A stretch of 64,000 nucleotides of DNA, taken from Eledone cirrhosa (taxonomy: Eukaryota). The notes beneath the pieces are model-generated. The model did not search any database. It saw only the letters and a list, made by a program, of their open reading frames with translations, and was not told the DNA's origin. Every line of letters starts with the position of its first letter. Within the stretch, counting starts at the first letter, position 1. The DNA lies in the NCBI GenBank assembly GCA_964016885.1, contig OZ024747.1:67642001-67706000 (forward strand), written 5' to 3'. Shown piece after piece: positions 1-14,019 of this stretch. The position numbers were made by a program, and so were the translations under genes.

Positions 1-210
1 GATGGTGATGATGGTGGTGATGATGATGGTGATGATGATGATGATGGTGGTGATGATGATGGTGATGATGATGGTGATGGTGATGATGGTGGTGATGATG
101 ATGATGGTGATGATGATGATGGTGGTGATGATGATGATGATAATGATGATGGTGATGGTGATGATGGTGGTGATGATGATGATGATAATAATAATGATGA
201 TGATAATGAT
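1..210. repeat. (ATG/GTG)n trinucleotide microsatellite
   Basis: Direct reading of the sequence. The poly-M/V ORF 2..244 is an artefact of this repeat. Confidence 0.97.
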
Positions 211-780
211 TGTTTCTATATTTGGCTCAAGGCTAGCAATTTGAAGGGAATGGGAAAGTTAATTAAATCAACCCTAGAGTTTTACTGGTACTTTATTTTA
301 TCAACCCCAGAAAGATTAAAGGCAATGTCATAACTAAATGTCACTCCACTGGTTCTACCTATCCATCACCCTAACAATAATGATTTCTACAATAGGCACA
401 GGCCAGCAATTTGGGGGCAGGTGAAAGTTGATTAAATTAACCCCAATGCATGACTGGTACTTTATTTTTGCGGCCCTGTAAGGATGGAAGGCAAAGCTAA
501 CCTCAGTGGGATTTGAACTCAGATCATAAAGGGCCGTAACTCTATGCTGCAAAGCATGGCGTCTGACACTCTACCGATATTAACAATCCACTAGTCTGAA
601 ATATTGGTTTTTGATTTAGGCACAAGGCCAACAATTTTGGGGAGGGGAAAGTTGATTAAAATGACCCCAGTGCATTACTGGTACTTCATTTTCAGATGAA
701 CAACAAAGCTAACCTCAGTGGGATTTGAGCTCAGAATGTAAAAGGCCATAACTCTATGCTACAAAGCAGGGTGTTCAGCA
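210..780 (-). mobile_element. Three degenerate tandem copies of the dominant tRNA-derived SINE
   Basis: Repeated motifs ggcacaaggcc, actggtactttatttt and ggatttgaactcaga (reverse complement of a B-box) match the cleaner copy at 15878-16097. Confidence 0.85.
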
Positions 781-801
781 AATAATAACAATAATAATAA
801 C

Positions 802-844
<43 letters not shown>

Positions 845-884
845 TTAAGAAGACGAAGAAGAAGAATGACAATGATGATGATGA

Positions 885-2405
885 TTTCTTTTATTTGCCA
901 TAAGGCTCCAAGACAATGGAGTCAATACAAGGACAAAAACAACACTGATTGGGGTTTATACCAGTAGAGGACATCACTGAAGAGCAAACAGTAGGTATAA
1001 CAATAATAGAAATTAAAAAGAATATTCACAATAACAACAGTAAACAATAACAAATGTGAAGTAGGATCAGTTCCCCAATAACTGCACTTTAGGGTCATTC
1101 CAGAGATAACCCCACATAAAACCCCGGATCAATCTGTCACCTCATGAACATTAAATCAATCTCGATTTTTTTTCCTCCTGCTTAGAAAATCATAGTCAGA
1201 GTAGGCTGATTCTACCTCATCAATCTTGCTACTTTCACCCATCTTTCATAAAACAGACTAGAAGGCACAACCACCCTTACTTTCTTCTTTATGTGAAACT
1301 TGAAGAAATTGATGACAGCTTGACTGGAAAAGATGATTCCTGTTTGCAAACCTTTCAGACAAGTTCAACTTACAGATTCCTTCACCCTAGCTACTAGGTA
1401 GAGGAATATTTGCCACCACTTCATTCTAAAAGAAGGTGGCAGTTAAAGCTTCATTATTGGCCTGCTTGATAGCCAGATCTGTCCTACACATGACAGTAGT
1501 TATTTGATACAAGCCAACAAGCCTGCAATGCACAAGCACTGGCTGATAGCATGCAGGATGGTTCCATTGCTATGCATGCATCTTGGACAGATTCAGCTGT
1601 TGGCACTTCCATCCCTGTAGACTTTGTCTGGAACTGGTAGTGCCCCTCTGTAAAACTGCTATGCCAAGGATTTTTTGAAATTGTCCATAATCCTTGTCTT
1701 GAAATAATGGTATAATGGTCAGGCAATAATATACTTCTGAAGCAATGTATTTGTCCCCTTCAACCATCCTTTCTCACTATCTCTTTCTAAGTGAGATTGG
1801 CTATCTTGTTTGTGACCTCCTCCCAGTTCTTGCTTGACTGGAGGTCTGGTCCAAACAATACTTCATGCAATTTAACTTAGTTGTTGCTCCAGTGGCAGAA
1901 ATTTATATTGGTTGGCATGGGCCTGCTTCTCCATATGTTAGGTTGCAAGCCCACTGACTTGTTCTTGTTAATGCAAGCTCCAGTAACCTGATGATATTCT
2001 TCCAGTATAGTACTGTGTGCCTCTATGTCTGAAGTGTCCAATGCGATGACAGTAGCGTTATCTGCAGGCAGACATGGCTCTCCTGTGACCCGGTTCAAGC
2101 TGAATTACTCTCGAAATATTCATTCTTTGCAGAAGAGTCTCCAAGGTCAACACATATAGGAGGGGGGAGATGCAATATCCCTGATGGACCGAACATTTGA
2201 TATGGAATGTTTCTTTCTGATAAATGGCTGTTTAGTTTGACCATTGAATAAATGGTGCTGTAGAACATAATGATTAAATTTTTGAAATTAGGGCTGAAAT
2301 CAGCTGCTCTTTGGATAGCCTCCAGGTAACAACTGTTAACTCTGTCAAATTCTTTGAACTGATTTAAATTGACAAGCACCCTACCAAAGTTGGGTCTACT
2401 TCTGA
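885..2405 (-). mobile_element. Degenerate 3' half of an L1/Tx1-clade LINE (RT remnant plus 3' UTR)
   Basis: ORF fragments LVNLNQFKEFDRVNSCYL and EEYHQVTGACINKNKSVGLQ align with LINLDQSKAFDRVDHRYL and REYEAVTGAMINQEKSVGLQ in ORF 44306..47725. The 3' end is aataaaagaaatc followed by (ATC)/(ATT) repeats. Confidence 0.9.
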
Positions 2406-2409
2406 CCCA

Positions 2410-2880
2410 TAATAATAATAATGGTTTCTGATTTAGGCACAAGGCCAGTAATTTTGGGAGCAAGGAAAGTTGATTAAATTGACCCCAGTGCATTACTGGT
2501 ACTTTATTTTATCAACCATGTATGGATGAAAGGTAAAGCTAACCTTAGTGGGATTTGAACTAATAATAATTATACCAATAATGGTTTCTGATTTAGGCAC
2601 AAGGGTAACAATTTTTTGGGGAGGAGTGTAGGGAGTTGATTAAATCGACCCCAGTGCATTACTGGTACTTTATTTTATCAACACTGGAAGGGTGAAAAAA
2701 AAAAATTAAAACTTTTTGGGGAGAAGAGGAATGTCAGTTATAATGATCAAAATATTTGACTGGTACTTTATTTTATCGACCCTAGGGAGGAAGAAAAGCC
2801 ATATTATCCTCAGCAAGATTTGAACTCAGAACACAAAAAGAATGTAATCAAACACCACAAAGCATTTCCTCCAATACTTT
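2410..2880 (-). mobile_element. Cluster of partial tRNA-SINE copies
   Basis: Same diagnostic SINE motifs, with (AAT)n tails on the left side. Confidence 0.8.
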
Positions 2881-2899
2881 TATAACTATAATCCACTCC

Positions 2900-3530
2900 T
2901 TTTGATGTCAACCACCCATACATTGTTAATTTATTGTCCTTAAATACACCTCTCTGCATTGCTAATCCTGTACCCTTATATCTGAATACACTGCTATCAC
3001 ATTGCTGATCTACTACCTTTGATGTGAATACATCTCCTATTGCTAACCCATCCTCTTGAGATGTGAATACCTCACTCTTATGTTGGATGGATTAGCAATG
3101 AGTGGGTGGTCAGTATCTAAACATGATGCATTAGCAATAAATAGGTAATTGATATCTAGGCAGTCTGCATTAGCAACATGTGGCTGGTTGATATCCAGCC
3201 AATGTGCATTAGTAGCATGTGGGTGGTTCATATCAATGTAGGGTGGATTAGCAACATGTGGGTGGTTAGCATCAATGTAGGGTGGATTAGCAACATGTGG
3301 ATGGTTGGCATATAAACATGATGCATTAGCAACATGTGTGTGGTTGGTATCTAGGCAGGGTGCATTAGCAACATGTAGGTGGTTGGTATCAAAGTGGGGA
3401 GTGTTTATGGATGTGTGGGTGGTTGGTATGACAGAGAGGTGGATTAGCAACGTGTGGGTGGTTGGTATGAAAGAGACGTGTACTGGCAACATGTGGGAGG
3501 TTGGCATCTGAATGGGGTGCATTAGCAGAG
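2900..3530. repeat. About 36-bp degenerate minisatellite in two oppositely oriented blocks
   Basis: attagcaacatgtgggtggttg recurs about every 36 bp from 3085 to 3530. Related reverse-complement units (cattgctaatcc) occur at 2900-3080. Confidence 0.8.
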
Positions 3531-4123
3531 TCATAGAAGCATTGCATAGTTAGACACATCTCTTTTATGTTATGAGTTCAAATCCCAGTGAGGTCAACTT
3601 TGCTTTCATCCTTCTCAGGCATGATAATATAAAGTAACACTTCACTTAAGTACTTGGATTGTTATAATTCATGTTTCGCCTTCTCTCTACCAAATCCACC
3701 CCACTGAGATGTAAATAAATTCTCATTTATAATTCACAGCATCCTCCTGTCCTTATGAAACTTATACCTGTACCTATATGATGATGATGATGATGGTGAT
3801 ACTAATAATTTCTAATTTTGGCACAAGGCCACAAATTTTGTGCGAAGCGTATAAATGATAATAGAATTTAAAAAAAAAAAAATTATCAATGATAATAATA
3901 ATAATTATAACGATGATGATAATAATGGTTTCTTGATAATAATAAGAATCATATTAATAATTTTTTTTTTGAGTTTTCAAAAAACCCCCCAGTAGCAGAC
4001 TGTTGATGGTAGGTGGGGTGTAGTGAACAGAATGCTGATACCCCAGTGGTGGGGGAACTGGTGGTGGTGGTGGTGGTGGATTATTATAATGATAAGGAGT
4101 ATCTGGATTTGGTGAAGTAATGA

Positions 4124-5690
<1,567 letters not shown>

Positions 5691-6243
5691 CTCGTCCAAT
5701 ATCTCTCATCTCCTGCACCCTCCCCCTTTCCTTAACACCACCACCACCACCACCACCATTTTGTAAAGGAAACAAAATTAGGCTTACTTAGCTTATTCCT
5801 TGGCTCCTTGATAGAAGTAGCAGCCAGACAGTCACTCACATAAGCTATCACCCCTTTCTTCCTGTGTGCAGCCAACGAAAGGCACTGCTCTTTCTGTATG
5901 CTTGCACGGCATGCTAGAAACAGCAGCCAAATGCCCCTCAAATCAAAGGAAGGACATGTATAATGTAGGCGTCATAGATATATAATCGATATGATAATTA
6001 TGACTAATCTATGGTTAAATATCAACTGCTTTGTCTCTCTTGGTAACTCTTTCACCATTTTCTCCTCCCCCATCTCTCCCTATCTCTCGCATTTTTTTTT
6101 GGCACCTTAGGAAAAGGTCTTCTACTATAGCACTGTGCCAACAATATCTTTGTAATTATTGCCATATTACACTATCACTCGTGACATTCGAGGGCTTCCA
6201 CGTTTTCTTTTAAGTTGCCTGCTTACCGCGACATAACTCCTTA

Positions 6244-7797
6244 TGGCTCTTCCAGCGCATCTCCCTTACCATCCTCCGGAGAAACGCCTTCTCCATTTTG
6301 TCCGCCAGCCAGTACGAGGGACCCCATTTGCTCTTAATACAGAGAGATGGGGAGAGCGAGAGAGATAGAGGCGATGAAAGTGGGAGTTCGGATTTTCCGT
6401 GTTCGGACACATTGCACCTGTCATGTGGATCATGTGATATCTTACAATACATGTGTATTTGTCAGGCCTATGTACTGGGAGACAGTAGTAGGAGTTGCAT
6501 CCCTTTTTATATATCTGTTTGCCTGTCTATCTGTTTATCGGCACCTCGAGTGCCTTCAGGTGCTCACAGCCCTCTACCAAGCGGAAACGGCAATCAGCGG
6601 AGACTCCACTTCGACATGCTATTGGGGATCAGTGGAGGATAAGTGCGACGATGTTCTCGGGGAAACTCTAGGCATCGAGGAGGACGAACTGACCAGTCTG
6701 TTCGAGAGGACTTTCCGTCCAGGGCCTATGGATAACTTCCAGAGGTCTCTGGCCTGGCAGTGCTACCGAGGAGCTCTACCAGTTCGAGACAAAATCTACA
6801 GTCATGGATGCCCTGGCAGGGATCCTGCCAAAAGGACCTGTCCAAGATGCGAGCAGGACATCGAAACCGTTTTGCACGCAATTGTTCAGTGCCCAGGGGT
6901 GACCGACCTGTGGAATTATGTCGAACAGCTACTGTCACATGTGGGACGCATCTAGTTGTCAGCCGAGTCCATCGAGAGGATCACCCCACCGCCTTTATTT
7001 AAGAATGAAGGAGAGGCGGTTTTCCTCTGTCTGGTGGCTATGGCGAAAGTGGTAATATGGTGGACGAGGTTAAAAGAACTGAGGGCAAAAACCTTTCTTT
7101 CCGGACAACAACTCATCCCCTTCTTTAAGTATCACTTCAGAAGGAAGGTGAGAGTGGAGAGAGAGGTGCTACACCCTAGTAAATTCGCTGAAAAGTGGGT
7201 GAATGTGGCGAAAATAGCCCGAGTGAATGGGCCTTTTCTGTATATAAACCTGTAGGTTGAGGAAGATAAACAGAGGGAAGGCGGGAACACCTACAATACG
7301 TGTTCCTGGTGTTGAGGGTTGTTCTATCCACGGGGTGTAAAACAACCCCGCAGTCACGTTCCCCCTATTGGGGATTTCGATTGTTTTATTTTATATATAG
7401 TTTATTGTTATTCATCATTGTTAAAGATTTTTATGTAAAACCCCCGCCGTCACGTCTTGTAATGTCCAATTATGCCCCTGTGGTAAATAAAGAAATTCAT
7501 CTGTCTCCGGAGTTTCACCTGTTTATCACACTGTCATTAATGTGAGAGAATTTATTGTAAAGAGAAAAAGGAACATCAATGCTTTACATGTCCGTTGTCA
7601 CAAATATGAAAATACTTTTGACAGATGCAATATTGACAGATGCAATATGGAAAAGTCGAACTCCCACCGTCTTCGCCCCATCTCTCTCGCCCTCCCCATA
7701 TCTCTGTATAGTGAGCAAATGGGGTCCCATGTGCTGGACAGAATGGAGAAGGCGTTTCCCCGGAGGATGGTAAGGGAGATGCTCTGGAAGAGCCATT
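6244..7797. repeat. About 155-bp imperfect inverted repeat pair (6244-6400 / 7648-7797), possibly TIRs of a non-autonomous element
   Basis: atggctcttccag...catctcccttaccatcctccgg...gggagttcggattttcc is the reverse complement of ggaaaagtcgaactccc...ccggaggatggtaagggagatg...ctggaagagccat. Confidence 0.75.
6545..7497 (+). mobile_element. 5'-truncated L1/Tx1-clade LINE (C-terminal zinc finger region plus 3' UTR)
   Basis: LECLQVLTAL...PGPMDNFQRSLAWQCYRGALPVRDK...CPRCEQDIETVLHAIVQC is homologous to the ORF2 C-terminus. One in-frame stop at 6953-6955. Ends with aataaagaaat. Confidence 0.93.
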
Positions 7798-8261
7798 CCA
7801 TCTGTCTCCCCACGTGGCAATTGTCTTGTTCTTCGCCTTGGTGTCTTCCACACCATCAGGTTCTGGTGGTTAAAACAAGCCAACATTTTCTTATCTGCAC
7901 CTCATGTTCTTTGTGTGTGTCTTCGTCTCTAGCTCTGGCCTTTTCCCTCAGGTATTGTATGACTTAAATGTGATAAATATAATTCTATACATGTAAGTTT
8001 TCTTTTGTTTTGTTTTCCTCTTAATACTCCAGGGACAGAGTTTGACTATTTTGGACCAGCAGTACCGACGGTATGGGTCGAAACTGTGTACTTCCATTTC
8101 GACGGTTGATGACCACGACGTTTTTGTACTTCTTGCCAATATCTCCGGTGAGCCATGCGGCTCCTCTCTCCTCTTTTCTGACTGAATATAGACGAGTGTT
8201 TTCCCCCTTCCTTCCTCTCCTCATTCTTTATCTTTCTATTTATCTTCTATTTCTAACTCTA

Positions 8262-8296
8262 TCTTCTGATGAAAGACTAGTGTCCGAAACATCAAA
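8262..8296 (+). ncRNA. Degenerate minimal hammerhead-like motif
   Basis: CTGATGA-aagac-tagt-gtcc-GAAAC-atc. Stems I and III are imperfect. Confidence 0.5.
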
Positions 8297-8427
8297 ACTC
8301 TTTGCCTCCCATTTCAAGCGTTAAAAAACTAATATATTTCTTCTATGAACTGTGTCGTTTGCTTTGTTATTTCTATTTACCTTTTACACACACACACACA
8401 CAAACACACGCACACACACATGTATAT

Positions 8428-8615
8428 AATTGTTTCTACGTTAGGCACAAGGCCAGCAAATTACCCAGTGTATTACTGGTACTTTATTTTATCGACCCCG
8501 TAAGGATGAAAGGCAAAGTTAACCTCGGCAGGATTTGAACTCAGAATGGCAAGGGCCGTAACTCTATGCGTCAAAGCATGGCGTCCGACCCTCTACAGAT
8601 ACTGCCAATCCACAC
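8428..8615 (-). mobile_element. tRNA-SINE, short subtype
   Basis: Reverse complement reads ggattggcagtatc (A-box), gagttcaaatcc (B-box), core, ggccttgtgcc...agaaacaatta. Confidence 0.9.
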
Positions 8616-8909
8616 ATTTATATAATAACAGAGGGCCGGACTCGAAATATCCTTTAATACTGCAAGATCACAATACGTATTACGTATTTCAATGGTCTGG
8701 TTACATCATCAGATCATGACGTAAGATTTTGGCTTCGTCATCAGGTGTAGATTGCAAAGATTAGGTAACCGATAACAGGATTACAGCAAACATAAACAGA
8801 GAAAAGATTTGATTCGGTCCTATCGTGATGAACCACCTTCGAATCGTCACAACGATAGTCATGTGTTTATTGCCATTTTCTTTCGTTTAATAAATATATA
8901 TACATATAT

Positions 8910-9129
8910 ATATTTATTAAAATAACAGATTAAAGTTTAAGCAAAGAATCGCTGCTTTCACCCTTAACGGGATCTTCTGAAACTAACGTTAAGGGTGAAA
9001 GCAGCGATTCTTTGCTTAAACTTTAATCTGTTATTTTAATAAATATTTGCTCTACGGTTCTTATATATTTGATATATATTTATCCTTATCGAGCCCTCTT
9101 TGGATTTTAGTCTTCAAATTTATTATTAT

Positions 9130-9133
<4 letters not shown>
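8910..9133 (-). mobile_element. Penelope-like non-autonomous insertion with 60-bp perfect inverted arms and a hammerhead-like fold (8935-8983)
   Basis: Arms 8910-8969 and 8987-9046. Minus strand reads GTTT-CAGAAGA-tccc-gttaa-gggt-GAAA-gca...tgc-TT-AAAC. Flanked by (TA)n. A second copy lies at 9820-9965. Confidence 0.65.
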
Positions 9134-9195
<62 letters not shown>

Positions 9196-9257
9196 CTATA
9201 CATATATAATATATATATATATATAATATATATATATATAATATATACATATATATA

Positions 9258-9448
9258 TAACTGTTTCTACTTTAGGCACAAGACCAGCAATTACCCAGTG
9301 CATTACTGGTACTTTATTTTATCGACCTCGTAAGGATGAAAGGCAAAGTCAACCTCGGCGGGATTTGAACTCAGATCGTAAAGGGACGTAACTATGCTGG
9401 AAAGCATGGCATCCGACCCTCCACCGATACTGCCAATCCACCGCCCTT
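9258..9448 (-). mobile_element. tRNA-SINE, short subtype
   Basis: Full head ggcggtggattggcagtatcgg and B-box on the minus strand. Confidence 0.9.
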
Positions 9449-9790
9449 ATATATATAACGGCGATGAATTAGTTTTGCGAGGTTTTTGATATGAAATCGT
9501 GTGTCGAAACAAATATTGTTATACTTGGGGAGGGTCATATTTGTGTAATAATATTGCCAGAATTAATAACAGAACACACTCACTGTTTGGTTGGTTTTCG
9601 CTTCTGTGTCTTTTATATAGGTTAATTTAATTTATTCGGTCCTCAATGTTTACCATTGACTGACCAATGGTCAAAAATACAGATAGACACAAACACATAT
9701 ATATAGTCTAACAAAGTTCTTTCGCTGCACATCTGCAACATCGTCAGTGGTGCTATTATGTTGCCTCCTGTTGTATTGTATGCCTGTTGG

Positions 9791-9819
<29 letters not shown>

Positions 9820-9827
<8 letters not shown>

Positions 9828-9962
9828 TAAAATAACAGATTAAAGTTTAAGCAAAGAATCGCTGCTTTCACCCTTAACGGGATCTTCTGAAACTTATATA
9901 TTTGATATATATTTATCCTTATCGAGCCCTCTTTGGATTTTAGTCTTCAAATTTATTATTAT

Positions 9963-9965
<3 letters not shown>
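9820..9965 (-). mobile_element. Second copy of the 8910-9133 element lacking the inverted arm; hammerhead-like fold at 9845-9893
   Basis: Near-identical sequence between two (TA)n tracts. Confidence 0.65.
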
Positions 9966-10041
<76 letters not shown>

Positions 10042-10048
10042 TATATAT

Positions 10049-10103
<55 letters not shown>

Positions 10104-10107
10104 AATA

Positions 10108-10148
<41 letters not shown>

Positions 10149-10612
10149 ATATATAAATATATATATATAAACAGAGTTGCTCAATTCTTTGGAGTCATTT
10201 GCATGAATTTTGTAAAAGATGCATAAGTCATGAAAGAAGAACTTTATTTGATAAAGAATTGGCATGAATAATCTAGAACACTTCTTCACGCATCTACTCA
10301 ACGAATCTGTCATCTATCTTCGGACAAGAGCAACAATAACAATACCAAAGCCCGAATCCCAAAAGCAGTCCGAAGATAAATAGACAGTTAGCTAGTTAGA
10401 TAAACAGATAGGCATATACATAGGTAGAACAAAGTCATCCTAATTTACTGAATATATGTTTGATAATGATTTAAGAAAATGTGGAAGAAAATTATTGAAA
10501 TTGATTTAAATGAACGTAAAATGAAATACTGCAATGGCTGGGAGTGATAAGAGAGAGAAGGTCAAGGTATGTCGAGTATTAAAGTATCTTTACTCAGAAT
10601 GCTCTAACCAAG

Positions 10613-11098
10613 AGGGACCTTTGCTCAATCGTTAGAGCACCTAGTGGGCATCTGGGCGATATGGAGCTCGATTCTTCCTGACAGCCGCTATCAACATTTC
10701 TCCGTCTCTAGGGGTCTTTTATAAGCTATTTTATAGCAACTGACTATAATTGTAGTTATTATTTTGCTTTTGCGTCTACGCTTTTTACATCTTATGAATT
10801 TATTTTCTCAGCGCTTAGTAAGTTCGAACATTCGAGATTCAGACAAGACGTACATTTATATTTTCAAAACTATTTGATTCAGTTTCTTCTATAGACGGCA
10901 GGATGTTGCCAGTGGTCCTTTAGGTCAATGGTTAAAGCGCTTAGCTTTATCTAAGAGATACGGAGTTCGATTCTCCGTAGTGGCCGCTAGCAACACTTTT
11001 TTGCAGTTATTTCCAAGTCTGAATTTCCTACTTCTAATGAATTTACTCCTCGGCGCTTAGTGTGTTCAAAAGTTCGAGCGGCACGCACGACGTTTGTA
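10613..11098 (+). mobile_element. Two tandem diverged copies of a tRNA-headed element (about 300-bp unit)
   Basis: tRNA-like heads at about 10613-10690 and 10914-10986. Shared body atgaattta..ctc.gcgcttagt..gttc.aa..ttcgag. Confidence 0.65.
10914..10986 (+). pseudogene. tRNA-like cloverleaf (pseudo-tRNA or SINE head)
   Basis: GGTCCTT-TA-GGTCAATGGTTAAAGC-G-CTTAG-CTTTAT-CTAAG-AGAT-ACGGAG-TTCGATT-CTCCGT-AGTGGCC. The 6-nt anticodon loop and D-stem mismatches argue against a functional tRNA. Confidence 0.65.
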
Positions 11099-11165
<67 letters not shown>

Positions 11166-11548
11166 ATTAAATATACAAAATACACATACTTATATGTACA
11201 CAGTTATGTTGGAGCGAAGACATTAATTCTATTTTCAGGCCTAGCCGGCCAACAGCTCCATTTTTCAAATGAGGCTAATCAGCCCATGTACATAGGCGTC
11301 AAAACTATGTTTTCGCCTATATTGAATGCCAGCCGAGAGCTCGGTAAGGGGAGCACTTCCTTGATAACGACCATCAGCCAGAAACGATTGTCAAACAGTT
11401 TCCCTCCCTTTCTTCTACTGGATTTCACTAGATGACGGTATGCCATCAGCTAACAAAATTCATAGCTAAACGATTTCAAATGTTCATTCGTAAACATACC
11501 GGATGTCATTAGATATACACCCGCCCCCTCGTCTACACACACACATAC

Positions 11549-11701
<153 letters not shown>

Positions 11702-11806
11702 TTAAGCCCGGGTTCAATCGGGGGGTAACCACAGTAAGTAAAGTACTCAATACATAGCAGAGTATAAATATTTAATATATTCGGGAGAAATCATCAGGAA
11801 GCCCTG

Positions 11807-11857
11807 GGCTTCCTGATGATTTCTCCCGAATGAAACAGTTCTAGTCCTGTAGAAGCC
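11807..11857 (+). ncRNA. Type I hammerhead ribozyme-like fold (complete)
   Basis: GGCTTC-CTGATGA-tTTC-tccc-GAAt-GAAA-CAG-ttctagtc-CTG-TA-GAAGCC. 6-bp stem I, intact core, stem III and a GUA cleavage triplet. Confidence 0.75.
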
Positions 11858-11906
11858 ATTTCTATATTATATGTATATATATATATATATGTCTGTGTGT
11901 GTGTGT

Positions 11907-12084
<178 letters not shown>

Positions 12085-12502
12085 ATATACATTTCTATAG
12101 AGCTATGCAGCAACCCTGTCAAATGTACATTTAAATGCACATGCATGCACATGCATGCACGTGCATGCACATACTACTGAAGAGAGTCATATTGCTTGTG
12201 TAGAATTAAATAGCTGAAGATAGACGAGAGCTATTTAATCACTAATAGATACTGGCACCGATAGATGTACATGTGAATGTGTATACATGTATGCAGAAAT
12301 ATATGAAAATATATATATACACGCACACATACACAAACATATACATACACACACAAATATATGTATATATACATGTGCATGTTTCTACGCATATCTATGT
12401 ATATATGCATGTTTCTAGACATATGTATGTATGTGTGTGTGTATGTATGTTTGTATGTATGTGTTCATGTATGTATGTGTCTGTGTGTATGCATGTATGT
12501 AT

Positions 12503-12615
12503 GTTCTCTCTTTCTCTTCATTTCGAGTATATTTTTGACCGGCCACCTTCCTGGTGGCAAGGTTGTAAAAGAAAAGAAATTGACATCCCTTGAATCGCAA
12601 GAATGTTTTGAAAAT
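12503..12615 (-). mobile_element. 3'-terminal fragment (about 110 bp) of the R4/Dong-type LINE
   Basis: Matches 59190-59308 (tttgaccggccaccttcctggtggcaaggttgtaaaag...atcccttgaatcgc). Embedded in (TATG)n. Confidence 0.9.
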
Positions 12616-12644
12616 TGTATGTATGTATGCATGTATGTATGTAT

Positions 12645-13244
12645 GTCAGGTCACCACTTGGTGCTACTGGTAACATGTATCCCAGTACAACCTGTCTCAT
12701 GGTCGGGTCGTTGGCGACTAAACTGGCAACCCCACCAAGGTTTCTTGGTGAGGAGGGTGATTTTGGACATCCTGCAGGACTAAAAACAAAACCTGTCAAA
12801 GGGCAAAGGACCTCTTAAGAGTCAATGGCCATCCAAAATCACCGGGAGTGATGACCCCTTAGCCTTTGTCAAGGCAGAATTCTAGGAGAAGGAAAACTCT
12901 GATATAACACCTGCAACCCTGATGGTATCCAATGATGTTGACTTGTTCTTCTTTTTGGTAAATATCATCTTGGTTAAGAGAGTGGGACTGGCTTTGTGCA
13001 GTGCCTTTGCTCACTATAAAAGCTTCACGGCACAGGCATTGCTTTATATCTGGAGATCTCTCTGCACTTGTCGTCACATGGTACCAAGGGTCCAGCACTA
13101 TGTGTCAATAATTGTCACAAGTGTAGTGTTTGTACCAGAGTTTTCAAGTGACTAAAAAGTCACACTCGTTCAGCGCATCGGTAGGGGTTCTCCTACATGG
13201 ATATAAAGTAATGGCCGTACTCGAAAACGAGTTGGCAGCCACCA
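12645..13244 (+). mobile_element. Bipartite non-autonomous RTE derivative (about 600 bp), copy 1
   Basis: RTE-type 5' UTR motif tctaggagaaggaaaactctg, zinc-finger remnant, 3' stem-loop actcg-aaaa-cgagt and (TGTA)n tail. Four near-identical copies in the window. Confidence 0.85.
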
Positions 13245-14019
13245 TGTATGTATGTATGTATGTGTGTGTGTATGTATGTATATATGTATGTGTGTATGTA
13301 TGTGTGTATGTATGTGTATCTGTGTATGTATGTATGTATGTATGTATGTATGTATGTATGTATGTATGTATGTATGTATGTATGTGTGTATGTATGTGTG
13401 TATGTAATGATATATGTGTGTATGTATATATGTTTGTATGTATGTGTGTAAGTATGTATGTGTGTATATATGTATGTATGTGTGTATGTATGTGTGTGTA
13501 TGTATGTATGTGTATCTGCGTATTTATGTATGTGTGTATGTATGTGTGTATGTATGTATGTATCTGTATCTGTGTATGTATGTAAGCACTACCAGTCAAT
13601 CCTGTCATCAGCTGTCGGGTGGAAATATCAACGATCTTGCAGTTTCTGACAGTATTATTTCCCGCACTACATCTTGATTCTATTAGGGATAGTCAAAGAC
13701 CCGTTGTCCCACATTGAGGTACATTGTGGCACATAATTTCCCTCATGCTATTCTTACAGCTGCCATACTAAACTACGCCATAACAGGCTGAATGGTTAAG
13801 AAATTTGCTTAGCAATCTTTACGTCCCGGGTTTGATTTCCTCGTATGGCATCATGAGCAAGTGTCTAAAACCGGGGTTCCCAATATTTTTGGCGTCATTG
13901 CCCAATTTCACATGGAAAAATAATTTTCCTCCACCCACCTATATAGTAAATATTCAAAAGAATATAAAAAATGTTGGTAACAGTTTGTTAATGCTTCTTC
14001 ATTCTCATTTAGCCTCTTG

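Noticed and set aside
10914-10986. Functional tRNA gene
   Set aside because: 6-nt anticodon loop and mismatched D and acceptor stems.
11239-11343. Possible plus-strand 105-nt exon (LAGQQLHFSNEANQPMYIGVKTMFSPILNASREL)
   Set aside because: Splice-like ends but no partner exon and no recognisable protein.
12645-12780. HDV-like or twister ribozyme at the 5' end of the RTE-derived element
   Set aside because: Some helices are present (ccagt/actgg, gtcg/cgac, caccaag/cttggtg) but I could not complete either topology by eye. It needs a covariance-model search.
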